DNA of 64,000 nt from an uncultured Bdellovibrionales bacterium (lineage in GTDB: Bacteria > Patescibacteriota > Minisyncoccia > Moranbacterales > UBA1568): the NCBI GenBank assembly GCA_964451495.1, contig CAYVHS010000001.1:69358-133357 (forward strand). Direction: 5' to 3'. The notes under the pieces are model-generated. The model saw only the letters and a program-made list of their open reading frames with translations, did not search any database and had not been told where the DNA came from. The position numbers and the translations under genes are program-made. This document shows positions 10,270-19,632 of this stretch, one piece after another (the stretch's first letter is position 1; each line of letters begins with the position of its first letter).

Positions 10270-11220
10270 TTGAAAAATATGCAGGAAAACCAGCTGTATC
10301 TGTCTGTGGTCGTGCCGCTGTACAACGAAGCAGGAAATGTCACGGAGCTCCACCGGAGGATTCATGAAGCTCTTCTCAAAATTGGTCGTCCGTTTGAAAT
10401 CATTTTTGTTGATGATGGTTCTAAAGACACGACATTAGTAGAAGCCAAATTACTTTCACCTCTTCGTTTGATTTCATTTCGCAAGAATTTCGGACAGACG
10501 GCCGCTTTTGATGCTGGTATCAAAGCCGCGCAGGGAGAGATCGTTGTGACGCTCGATGGTGATTTGCAAAATGACCCAGCGGATATACCGCTCCTTCTCG
10601 AGAAAATAAACGAAGGCTACGATGTCGTTTCTGGATGGCGTTTCAATCGGCAGGATCCATGGAGCAAGAAGATACCTTCTCGCATCGCCAATCTTCTCCG
10701 CAAGATTCTCATCCAGGACAATATCCATGATTCCGGCTGTAGCCTGAAGGCGTATCGTCGTGAGTGTTTCAAAGATGTCGATCTTTTTGGGGAGATGCAT
10801 CGTTTCATCCCGGCTATTCTGGAGCTCGAGGGCTACAAAGTCGGTGAAGTGAAGGTCTCACATCATCCGCGTATTCATGGCGTGACCAAGTATAACTGGA
10901 AGCGCGGTTTCAAAGGTTTTGTCGATATGGTATCGATCTGGTTTTGGCGCAAATATTCTCATCGCCCACTCCATCTCTTTGGAGCGACGGGGGTAGTACT
11001 CTTTGCTATCGGTACTCTGATTTTGGCTTGGATGCTCGTCGTCAAGCTCTACTTCGGAGAATCTCTTTCTGAGCGTATCTGGCCGCTCGTCGGGATTTTC
11101 TTCACTCTCATTGGTGTGCAGATGTTTATTTCTGGATTGCTCGCCGATATCATGGTGCGCAACTATTATCAGACGCGTCATCGGATGAATTACAATATTC
11201 GCGAAGTACGTGAACAATAA
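10270..11220 (+). CDS. GT2 polyprenyl-phosphate glycosyltransferase with C-terminal TM anchor (ArnC/GtrB-like)
   Basis: LSVVVPLYNEAGNV..FVDDGSKDTT..LDGDLQNDPADIP. Two C-terminal TM helices, as in GtrB/ArnC. Confidence 0.85.
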   Translation: MKNMQENQLYLSVVVPLYNEAGNVTELHRRIHEALLKIGRPFEIIFVDDGSKDTTLVEAKLLSPLRLISFRKNFGQTAAFDAGIKAAQGEIVVTLDGDLQNDPADIPLLLEKINEGYDVVSGWRFNRQDPWSKKIPSRIANLLRKILIQDNIHDSGCSLKAYRRECFKDVDLFGEMHRFIPAILELEGYKVGEVKVSHHPRIHGVTKYNWKRGFKGFVDMVSIWFWRKYSHRPLHLFGATGVVLFAIGTLILAWMLVVKLYFGESLSERIWPLVGIFFTLIGVQMFISGLLADIMVRNYYQTRHRMNYNIREVREQ

Positions 11221-11254
11221 ATTTTATTGTTAATTGTTGATTGTTAACTGACTT

Positions 11255-12562
11255 ATGAAACTGACTTTCATCGGGACGGGATATGTGGGATTAGTGACGG
11301 GAACCTGTATGGCAGAATTGGGGCATACGGTGATTTGTGCTGATATCGATAGGAAGAAAATCACCAAACTTAAGAAGGGTATCATGCCCATCTATGAGCT
11401 AGGCCTCGAAGAGCTCGTTGCCAAGAATGTAAAAGAGGGGCGACTCTCATTCACGACTTCAATCGGTCAGGCGATCAAAGAGTCCGAAGTTGTGTTCAGC
11501 GCTGTCGGTACGCCAGAGGACAAAAAGACAGGCAAAGCGGATATGCAGTATGTGCATGCGGTTGCCGAGACATTTGGGAAAAATCTCAACGGGTACAAGA
11601 TTCTCGTCAATAAATCGACGGTACCCGTGGGCACGGCTGATGTTGTGCGTGATATCGTAACCCATGCCAGTAAGGGAAAATATGAGTTTGATATCGTTTC
11701 CAATCCCGAGTTTCTCCGTGAAGGCGCGGCTATCAAAGACTTCCTTAACCCGGATCGTGTCGTCGTAGGTGTGGCTTCTGATCGAGCTAAGGAAGTGATG
11801 GAAAAGATTTATCGTCCCATCGCTCGAGCTGGACGTCCGGTCATGGTGACAGATATCCGCAGTGCCGAGCTCATTAAATATGCTTCCAACGCGTTTCTCG
11901 CGGTAAAGATCACCTTTGCAAATGAGATGGCAAATTTTTGCGAACTGGCTGGTGCCAATATCAAAGAGGTAGCTAGGGGAATGGGGGCAGATAGTCGTAT
12001 CGGGTCGCGATTTCTCTATGCTGGTATCGGATACGGCGGGTCATGCTTTCCCAAAGATGTTCAGGCGCTCATGGAGACAGGCAAGGAATACGGTTTCGAC
12101 TTCTCCATTATCAAGGCAGCCGATAGAGTGAATGATACACAGAAACTCCGCCCCATCGAGCTTTTGAAGCGTCAGTATAAGAATTTGAAAGGGAAAACAA
12201 TCGGTATTTGGGGTTTGTCATTCAAGCCACGTACTGATGATGTCCGTGAGGCACCAGCTCGGTACATTATCGAAGAGCTTCTCGGAGCAGGGGCCAAAGT
12301 GCAGGCGTTTGATCCCGTAGCCATAGAGAGTTTCCGATTGTCGTTTCCGGATAAGCGCGTGAAATATGTTGCCAGCGCATACGATGCGGTGGATGGCGTT
12401 GACGCCCTTATTATTTGTACCGAATGGGATGAATTTCGAACAGTAGAATATCCCGAAATGGTGTCTCGTATGAAGGGTCGTGTCATCGTTGATGGCCGCA
12501 ACATCTTTGAACGCAAGGAAGCAGAAAAAGAAGGATTTACCTATTTTGGTATCGGAGTTTAG
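11255..12562 (+). CDS. ugd: UDP-glucose 6-dehydrogenase
   Basis: MKLTFIGTGYVGLVTG Rossmann motif. Catalytic GGSCFPKDV. 435 aa. Confidence 0.9.
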   Translation: MKLTFIGTGYVGLVTGTCMAELGHTVICADIDRKKITKLKKGIMPIYELGLEELVAKNVKEGRLSFTTSIGQAIKESEVVFSAVGTPEDKKTGKADMQYVHAVAETFGKNLNGYKILVNKSTVPVGTADVVRDIVTHASKGKYEFDIVSNPEFLREGAAIKDFLNPDRVVVGVASDRAKEVMEKIYRPIARAGRPVMVTDIRSAELIKYASNAFLAVKITFANEMANFCELAGANIKEVARGMGADSRIGSRFLYAGIGYGGSCFPKDVQALMETGKEYGFDFSIIKAADRVNDTQKLRPIELLKRQYKNLKGKTIGIWGLSFKPRTDDVREAPARYIIEELLGAGAKVQAFDPVAIESFRLSFPDKRVKYVASAYDAVDGVDALIICTEWDEFRTVEYPEMVSRMKGRVIVDGRNIFERKEAEKEGFTYFGIGV

Positions 12563-12565
12563 CGC

Positions 12566-13732
12566 ATGAAAATACTCTTTCTCAACTACGAATATCCGCC
12601 ACTTGGTGGTGGGGCGGCCAATGCGACGGCGTATCTTTTGGATGAGTTTGCCAAGATGCCGGACATGGAAGTGCATCTCGTCACTTCGGCCATCGGCCCA
12701 AGTATCGAACACCTGCGCGTGGGCGAGCGGGTGCACGTTCATCGGTTGCCCATCGGTAAAAATCCGAGTAACCTCCATACTCAATCCATGCGAGATATAC
12801 TGGTGTATACCTGGAAGGCATGGATGTTTGCGTATCAGTTGGTGCGACGCGAAGAGAAACCGTTCGATGCGACACTGGCTTTCTTTACCGTACCGTGTGG
12901 TTTTTTGGCGTATCTTTTCAAAATATTTTTCCGTATCCCGTATCTCGTGGCACTCCGAGGATCGGATGTACCGGGGTATAACCAGAAATATGCCGTCCTC
13001 TATATTTTTCTTAGGCCTCTGATTCGGCTGATCTGGTCCAGAGCGGCCCGAGTAATCCCCAATAGCGAAGGACTTTGTGATTTGGCGCGACAGACAGCAT
13101 CTCGCCAAGTGTTTGACATCGTACCCAATGGTGTCGACACCAAGCAGTTTTTCCCCGCGTACGATAAGCGGCCGGCAGATCAATACATCATCACCCCGGG
13201 GGCATCGCGCATCACCGATCGCAAAGGATTGGTCTATTTAGTAGATGCTGTCGCAGAGTTAGTACCACGCTATCCGCAACTGCATGTGAAAATCATGGGG
13301 GATGGGAGTGGTCGACCAGCACTCGAATCCTTGGTCAAAGAAAAAGCACTAGAATCACATGTCACGTTTATTGGTCGTGTCCCGAGAGAGGGTACTCTCT
13401 TGTATTATCAGGAAGCGTCACTTTTTGTGTTGCCATCCATCAATGAGGGTATGAGTAATGCTATGCTCGAGGCATTGGCTTGTGGTCTACCTATTATCGC
13501 TACTGAAACAACTGGGGGGACCAAAGAATTGGTGGAAAACGGGAAAAACGGCGTGACAGTGCCACTCCGATCTGCCTCAAAAATCGCCGAGGCTATCGAA
13601 GGATTTCTCCGCTCTCCAGAGCGGAGAGAAATGTATGGGATAGAGAGTCGTAGACGAGCGGAGCTCCATAGTTGGAATACTGTAGCTGAACAATTCAAAA
13701 AATTATTTGAGATGAGTGTCCAAAAGAAGTAA
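12566..13732 (+). CDS. GT4-family glycosyltransferase
   Basis: MKILFLNYEYPPLGGGAANA N-terminus. EGMSNAMLEALACGLPIIAT E-x7-E motif. Confidence 0.85.
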   Translation: MKILFLNYEYPPLGGGAANATAYLLDEFAKMPDMEVHLVTSAIGPSIEHLRVGERVHVHRLPIGKNPSNLHTQSMRDILVYTWKAWMFAYQLVRREEKPFDATLAFFTVPCGFLAYLFKIFFRIPYLVALRGSDVPGYNQKYAVLYIFLRPLIRLIWSRAARVIPNSEGLCDLARQTASRQVFDIVPNGVDTKQFFPAYDKRPADQYIITPGASRITDRKGLVYLVDAVAELVPRYPQLHVKIMGDGSGRPALESLVKEKALESHVTFIGRVPREGTLLYYQEASLFVLPSINEGMSNAMLEALACGLPIIATETTGGTKELVENGKNGVTVPLRSASKIAEAIEGFLRSPERREMYGIESRRRAELHSWNTVAEQFKKLFEMSVQKK

Positions 13733-13742
13733 ACGAAATCGT

Positions 13743-14672
13743 ATGAAAAAAATACTTCTTTTTGGTCTGAAAATTATTGTTAGTTTCGGATTGGTGCTAT
13801 GGCTCGTCGAGCGCGTGGATTGGGGAGTGGTCGGGACGCAGCTCTATGCTGTTTCGATACCACTTCTCCTCCTTTATGTTGTCTTCCAATTACTCGGCAA
13901 CCTCATCTCGGCTCGGAAGTGGCAGATCATCGCGAGTTTCAAGGGACTCGAGTTCACAGTCAAAGAAGGATTTTTCACTTATCTGACAGGAGCGTTCATC
14001 AATAATTTCCTGCCTTCGACCATCGGTGGAGATGCGTATCGTGGGATATGGCTCGCCAATCGTTCCGGAGCCAAGGCCGCATCGCTTTCTACGGTGGTAT
14101 TTGATCGTTTCATCGGGCTCTGGACGATGGCGATTCTCGCTCTTGGGATGAGCGCTCTCCTCTGGCCGTTTGCAGCGGAGAATATACCGCTTCTGCTCAC
14201 GCTGGGGGCGCTTATTGGATTTCTCGTCATCGATCTCGTCATTACATATCTCTATTGTCGTCCATGGTTCCACGATTTCGTGACACGTATCCCGTTTCAT
14301 AAATTGCGTCGGCTGCTTGAAGAAGTCATTTTTTATACAAAAAAACACATCTGGTGGCGGACGAGTCTTTGGTCAGCGCTGTTTATGTTGGTCGGCGTCG
14401 GACTGTCCAATTTCACGCTTTTTCACGCGCTCGGAAGCGATATTGGGATAGTGCATTTTTTCAGTGTAATCTTCCTCGTGACGATCATTTCGGCTGTGCC
14501 GCTCTCAATCAACAACATCGGTATCAAGGAGTGGGCCTACGTGACATTTTTCGCGCTCGTAGGCGTGAGTCCCGAAACAGCGGTGACGGTGGCACTCCTT
14601 TCTCGCTTCATGCAGATGATTATTTCTTTCATTGCCTTGCCGCAGTACTGGCAGAGCAGAAGAGGGAAATAG
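13743..14672 (+). CDS. LPG_synthase_TM / UPF0104-family polytopic membrane protein (flippase-like)
   Basis: KILLFGLKIIVSFGLVLWLV..FLPSTIGGDAYRGIWL, which is typical of the MprF-type flippase domain. Internal ATG 13743 preferred over 13716, which overlaps the upstream gene. Confidence 0.6.
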   Translation: MKKILLFGLKIIVSFGLVLWLVERVDWGVVGTQLYAVSIPLLLLYVVFQLLGNLISARKWQIIASFKGLEFTVKEGFFTYLTGAFINNFLPSTIGGDAYRGIWLANRSGAKAASLSTVVFDRFIGLWTMAILALGMSALLWPFAAENIPLLLTLGALIGFLVIDLVITYLYCRPWFHDFVTRIPFHKLRRLLEEVIFYTKKHIWWRTSLWSALFMLVGVGLSNFTLFHALGSDIGIVHFFSVIFLVTIISAVPLSINNIGIKEWAYVTFFALVGVSPETAVTVALLSRFMQMIISFIALPQYWQSRRGK

Positions 14673-14690
14673 CAGAAAAACTTTTTCAGT

Positions 14691-14735
14691 AAAAAAAATC
14701 CCCGAACAGTTCTCTAGTGGAGAAGGTCGGGGATT
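14691..14735 (-). terminator. Rho-independent terminator (hairpin aatccccga/tcggggatt)
   Basis: 9-bp GC-rich stem with an A-tract on the plus side, which is a T-tract on the minus strand. Lies just downstream of the minus-strand ORF ending at 14751. Confidence 0.55.
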
Positions 14736-14750
14736 GCCTGGCCGCGCTGG

Positions 14751-15227
14751 TTACGCGGTAGCGGCAATGCTTGAGGACGACGGGGGCGCTGTCGATATCA
14801 TCGAGATGACATTGGCCGGCAGCGAGGGGAGGTCTTGCTCAATTCGCAATACGAGTTCGCTGTTTACATCGCAGGCGAGTTCATAGCCGTTCTTGAACGA
14901 AAGTGGCTCGTTCCGTTTCTTGATGTACTCTTTGACTTCAAGAGTGAAGAGCTGCAGCACCGCGTCTTCGCTATCGGTTTTGCTCAGGCGCAGTGCCGAG
15001 AGCAGAGCCGTTGAAAAGGCCATCGTGGGCATCTTGTCGCTCGAAAGAGGCAGTGGATTTTCGTCCACGTACCGCATGAGACTGGATGCGACTTCGTGCA
15101 CTATGATGCACAGCTCTTTTCCCACTGATTCAACAACGCCTCGCTTGAAAAACTCGTGAAGCAAACCTCTACCCCTGAGCACTTCTTTGACGAGGTTGGT
15201 GCTGGGGAATTCTGCTTTGATAGGCAT
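14751..15227 (-). CDS. Hypothetical protein (158 aa)
   Basis: ORF with its own terminator. No recognisable motifs. Confidence 0.4.
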   Translation of the reverse strand: MPIKAEFPSTNLVKEVLRGRGLLHEFFKRGVVESVGKELCIIVHEVASSLMRYVDENPLPLSSDKMPTMAFSTALLSALRLSKTDSEDAVLQLFTLEVKEYIKKRNEPLSFKNGYELACDVNSELVLRIEQDLPSLPANVISMISTAPPSSSSIAATA

Positions 15228-15360
15228 AGCTACTCCTTTTGGTTGTGGTGCTACGGTTGGGTTGTACTACGAAGAACTACTATTTTTTCATTATGGCACA
15301 GAAAGTGCCAATCGTCAACACCGACATGGATTCATGCCAGGGTCTCAGTCTTTTCTATCA

Positions 15361-17664
15361 TTATTTCGCTGTTGGGTCAACAAATTTGAAGACTTTGACG
15401 TAATGACTGGGGCGACCATTGATATCGATCTCGAAAGTGGGGTCGGTGCGGGTGTAATACTGCTCGAAATGGATGAGTCCTGGTTTCTGGGTCAGGATGT
15501 CACCGGCCATCATCTTGGTCGTGCGGCTCTCGCGGCCAGCCGAGACGACGATATAGTCAAGGCCGTCATTTCGGAGTTTCAGATAGTCGAGGCCGCGTTT
15601 GCATCGACCGACGAAGAATTTGCAGACACCGTCTTTGTCTGTCCAGATGAGCATGTCTTCGGCATGAGGGAGTTTGTTGAGTTGTTTGGCGACTTCATAG
15701 CTGCCCGCACCCATGTCTTTGACATCGATATGGTATTTGCCAGGGAGTATGGTCGAGGCATAGGAGAGAGGAAATGGAGTAGAGAGGAGAGAGAGGAGGC
15801 CGAAGATAGTGAGGGCTGAAGCAGTGAATACCGGCGTGGGCATGTCTTTCAGTTTGAGTCTTCTATGAGCCAAGACGGCCAGGTGCTCGAGAGCAATACC
15901 GGCGATAATAGCCGCCATTGGGTAGAGGATGATCTGATAGCGAGTGATGGCCCCGACGTGGTTTATCGTCGTACCGAAATAATAGAGGAGGATGAAGATG
16001 ACGAAATAAAATGAAGTACGGAGAGCGACCGATTCGATAAAGTGTTTGCGTGTGAAAAAAAACGGCGTGATGAGAAGGAGGAGGAAAATGAGTGGAGTGA
16101 CACCGAAAAAGAGCGGATAGAAATTGGTGAGATAGGCTCCGGCAAAAGCGCTTTTGCTCGCTATCGATTTGGGCGAGGCGAGCAGGTCCATGAAATCGTA
16201 AAGTGGCATACCTGCCCACGTGTTCACTATCATAAATGTGGCCGTGCCGAGGAATATCGCGCTCACGATGGCGGCGATAGAGTACTTGATCTTTTCGAGG
16301 AGTGAGAGGAGTGCAGCGACAATACGGGATTTATTGAAGCGGTCATCGATCAGGATGAACAGAACGAGGATGATGAATAGAGGAGCGACTTTCTCAAATG
16401 CTTGGCTGAAGATAGTACCAGAGAGGAGCTTGGAAGGCTTGATCCAGACGGCTGGGAAGAGGATATAGAATGTGGTCAGAGCTGCGAAGAGAAGGAGAGC
16501 AAAGTCTTTGAGCGATTTTTTGAGATACTCCGAGAAAGAGAGGAGATTTTCTTTCGGATGGTACAGGTATTCGAGGAACATGAGGCCGAGAAAAAACACA
16601 AAGAGTATATTGGCCACGTATTTAGTGAGGAGTGCCAGCCCGAGGAATATACCCGAGAAAATGATATAACGGAACGAACGACGCCTAAGAAAGACGAGAT
16701 ACGCAATGAGTGAGAGTGGAGTGAAGATCCAGAGGAGCGAATCGGGGTTGATGATTTTGGTCATGCCAATCAGGATAGGAGATGTGGCGATGAAGACATA
16801 GCAAAAGAGAGCACTTCGTCGGCCGAGAAGGCGTTCGAGGAAGAAATAGAAGAGTGGCAAGAGGAGCGTGATGACGATGAGGAGGGGTAGGCGGTAGGCA
16901 AGATAAAAGCCCTCAACATCATTTTTCAAGTTATAGATTTCTCCTTCGCGATGCTCAGTCTTGAAATCGCTCGTACCCTTGAACCATAGTCCGGGTCCAG
17001 TAGCCAACGCGATGGTGATACCTGGTTTGTCGCTGATACTCGTACCTTTCCAGTCACGCTCGCCAATATTTTTCCAATACTTCGCGATGCGACCATCGAG
17101 CCAGAGCGGTTCGTCGACAGCGGCATATTGAGTCAATCGATAGGCACCAAAGGTGAAAAAGAGCGCTGTGGTAAAGATGATGAGGAGGAGTGTCGGCAAG
17201 CCCTGGGAACGGAGCCATTCTTTCGTAGTTTGAGCTTCGTTATCTAGGGGTTTGATCTGGCGCTCTTTGTCGATATAGAAAGCCGAGATGAGGATGCCCG
17301 AGAGTATGGCATACCCGCCCAGGGCGACCTGAAAGAGGTAGTGGAAATTTCTGGATTCATTGACTGCATACACAAAGAGGATGACTCCGGGTAACCAGAT
17401 GAGGAGGAGGGCAGAGAGGTATTTTTTCCAGTCGATCAGTGCTTGTTTCGCCGTGGTCGAGGAGTGGAAGAAAGCGATGCTCCCGATGGTCAGGATTGCA
17501 AGAATGAGAAATCCGATATAAAAAGGCCGGTTACTTTCTATGGGGAGCCTGAGAAGAATAAGCGTTTTGACTTGACGAGCGATAAAGAAGAGGGTAACGA
17601 GAGCGATGAACGATGAAAGGATGCCATAGACGCGATGTTCTGCGCTCTCGAAAAAGGCTTGCAT
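15361..17664 (-). CDS. GT-C fold membrane glycosyltransferase (ArnT/PMT-like), paralog of 8289..10136
   Basis: 767 aa polytopic. AAVDEPLWLDGRIAKYW loop motif. Shared C-terminal domain. Confidence 0.65.
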   Translation of the reverse strand: MQAFFESAEHRVYGILSSFIALVTLFFIARQVKTLILLRLPIESNRPFYIGFLILAILTIGSIAFFHSSTTAKQALIDWKKYLSALLLIWLPGVILFVYAVNESRNFHYLFQVALGGYAILSGILISAFYIDKERQIKPLDNEAQTTKEWLRSQGLPTLLLIIFTTALFFTFGAYRLTQYAAVDEPLWLDGRIAKYWKNIGERDWKGTSISDKPGITIALATGPGLWFKGTSDFKTEHREGEIYNLKNDVEGFYLAYRLPLLIVITLLLPLFYFFLERLLGRRSALFCYVFIATSPILIGMTKIINPDSLLWIFTPLSLIAYLVFLRRRSFRYIIFSGIFLGLALLTKYVANILFVFFLGLMFLEYLYHPKENLLSFSEYLKKSLKDFALLLFAALTTFYILFPAVWIKPSKLLSGTIFSQAFEKVAPLFIILVLFILIDDRFNKSRIVAALLSLLEKIKYSIAAIVSAIFLGTATFMIVNTWAGMPLYDFMDLLASPKSIASKSAFAGAYLTNFYPLFFGVTPLIFLLLLITPFFFTRKHFIESVALRTSFYFVIFILLYYFGTTINHVGAITRYQIILYPMAAIIAGIALEHLAVLAHRRLKLKDMPTPVFTASALTIFGLLSLLSTPFPLSYASTILPGKYHIDVKDMGAGSYEVAKQLNKLPHAEDMLIWTDKDGVCKFFVGRCKRGLDYLKLRNDGLDYIVVSAGRESRTTKMMAGDILTQKPGLIHFEQYYTRTDPTFEIDINGRPSHYVKVFKFVDPTAK

Positions 17665-17756
17665 AGGGGTTTGCTTAAGGTTGAGAAATGGTCTAAAATT
17701 AGGGATAAACAGGAGTTTATCCTCTCCATCCTAGCGTAAACAACGGAAAAAAGGAA

Positions 17757-19550
17757 GTGATAAAATTTTCTTCGAAACAACTGGTGATCTGTGCTCTCGT
17801 CGCCATCATGGCGCTCGGGTTCTTTCTCAGGTCGTATCATTTTTCTGATTGGCTCCATTTTGAGCTCGATCAGGCTCGTGATGCTCGTGTCGTCGATGAT
17901 GGTCTGCGTGGAGATTTCTTCGATCTGCCGCTCCTCGGCCCCAAGGCCGGTGGTACGACACTCAGACTTCCGCCGGCGTTCTATTATCTAGAATATGCGA
18001 GTGCCGTCGTGTTTGGCGGATCAGTAGTGAGTATGGCGATATTTGTCATGGTGCTGTCCGTGTTCTCTATTCCGATTTTCTATCTCCTCACGAGGCGTTA
18101 TTTTTCGGTGAAATTCGCTTTGGGGCTCACCTTGACTTTCGCTGTATCTGAATTTTTCGTTATGTATAGCCGGTTCGCTTGGAATCCCAATCTCATACCG
18201 TTTTTCACACTCTTGGGATGGTATGCACTCCTTCGGTCGGTAGATCGTGAGGAAAAATACAAAGAACGATGGTTCCTCGTAGCCGTTTCTATGCTCGCGC
18301 TCGCTATGCAGTTTCACTTTCTCGCTTTTGTGGCGATACCAGTTATCGCGGGTGGATTTTTCTTACTTCGTTTCCGTAGGTTTTCTTGGAAGACATGGAT
18401 TGGCGCGTTCATAATTGTGGGTATTCTCTATCTACCGATGATGCTCAATGAGACAGAGACGGGCTTTGCAAATTCGAAAGCATTTGTGAATGCTGCTACC
18501 AAGAAATCTACCAAGAGCGAACATTCACTCCTCGAAAAAGCCATCCGTGGTACTTCGGAGCACGCGCTTTATGGTATGGTCATCACTACCGGTTTCGAGC
18601 GAGGGACTTTCCCAGCTATCGTGATCGGTACAGAGTCAGGCGAGCTCATCGGTCGAGCCTGCGACGAGCGTTGTGATCGTGGCAAATGGTACGGAGTAGC
18701 AGCGGTTTTCGTCTTTGGTGCATCGATTATCGCTCTCGTGTATCTGCGGTGGCGAGAATCAATCCGGAGAAAGTCTGATTTTCTGTTGTTGATGGGTATT
18801 TGGATCGGGGTGACATTTCTCTTATTTCTGCCGCTCGCCTATGATATGGCCCCGAGATTTTTTCTCCTTTCTGGTCCGGTATTTTTTATCCTTATTGGAT
18901 TACTGCTGTTCCTTATTAAGCATTTTTTTGGTGAGCGGAAAATCGGTCGTCAAATCGTCATGTGGGGAATCGTTCTTTTGGTTGTTTCTAATCTTTTTTC
19001 TCTGAACGTGCGTTTCGATGAGCTGGCACGGGCCAAGATAGATGCCATCGATAGCCCGCCGGACCGTATCTTAAAAGAGCGCATCCGCGTGACGCTCGAA
19101 CAACAGAATGCTATCGTTGATTTCCTCGAGATCCGTTCGGGAGAGACTGGGTATCCCGTCTATATGTGGAGCGAGCCACAGTATCGCCGGGCACTCAAAT
19201 ATTTGATGGAAAAGCGTGGCATTCGAAATGGCGTCCTCGGGTTTGATGGCATTTACCAGGAAGGCGTGTACTATCTCATCTTGCGGGCACAATCCGATAT
19301 CGAAGATGCTCTCCTCAAATACCGTACGAGCTATACTGTCGGCGAGACGATTTCTTTCGGAACACTGATTGCTGTCGAGATGATACCAAAACCGGAAGTT
19401 ATCCATACTATCAGTCAGGATTTTTCCAAAGTGAAGCCAAATGATTCTCTCGGGCTACCGCGCTACACATGGCGTGAATTTTTCGCGAGGAGTTCGGCTG
19501 CTAGGGCGGTGGACGACGATACGCAAGATGAAATAGATGCAGCATTATAA
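17757..19550 (+). CDS. GT-C fold membrane glycosyltransferase (ArnT/PMT_2-like), paralog of 5624..7312
   Basis: FELDQARDA loop motif and SRFAWNPNL. About 12 TM segments plus C-terminal soluble domain. Confidence 0.7.
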   Translation: MIKFSSKQLVICALVAIMALGFFLRSYHFSDWLHFELDQARDARVVDDGLRGDFFDLPLLGPKAGGTTLRLPPAFYYLEYASAVVFGGSVVSMAIFVMVLSVFSIPIFYLLTRRYFSVKFALGLTLTFAVSEFFVMYSRFAWNPNLIPFFTLLGWYALLRSVDREEKYKERWFLVAVSMLALAMQFHFLAFVAIPVIAGGFFLLRFRRFSWKTWIGAFIIVGILYLPMMLNETETGFANSKAFVNAATKKSTKSEHSLLEKAIRGTSEHALYGMVITTGFERGTFPAIVIGTESGELIGRACDERCDRGKWYGVAAVFVFGASIIALVYLRWRESIRRKSDFLLLMGIWIGVTFLLFLPLAYDMAPRFFLLSGPVFFILIGLLLFLIKHFFGERKIGRQIVMWGIVLLVVSNLFSLNVRFDELARAKIDAIDSPPDRILKERIRVTLEQQNAIVDFLEIRSGETGYPVYMWSEPQYRRALKYLMEKRGIRNGVLGFDGIYQEGVYYLILRAQSDIEDALLKYRTSYTVGETISFGTLIAVEMIPKPEVIHTISQDFSKVKPNDSLGLPRYTWREFFARSSAARAVDDDTQDEIDAAL

Positions 19551-19632
19551 AAGAATCCTATGCCCGATAGTGAAACTTCGACCGGGTATAAATATCGCAC
19601 TAATACATTAATGTGAGCTTCAGCGGTTTTCC

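Noticed and set aside
13716-13742. Upstream start for the LPG_synthase_TM-like gene
   Set aside because: It would overlap the preceding GT4 gene by 17 nt and add a Lys/Arg-rich non-membrane leader. The internal ATG 13743 is preferred.
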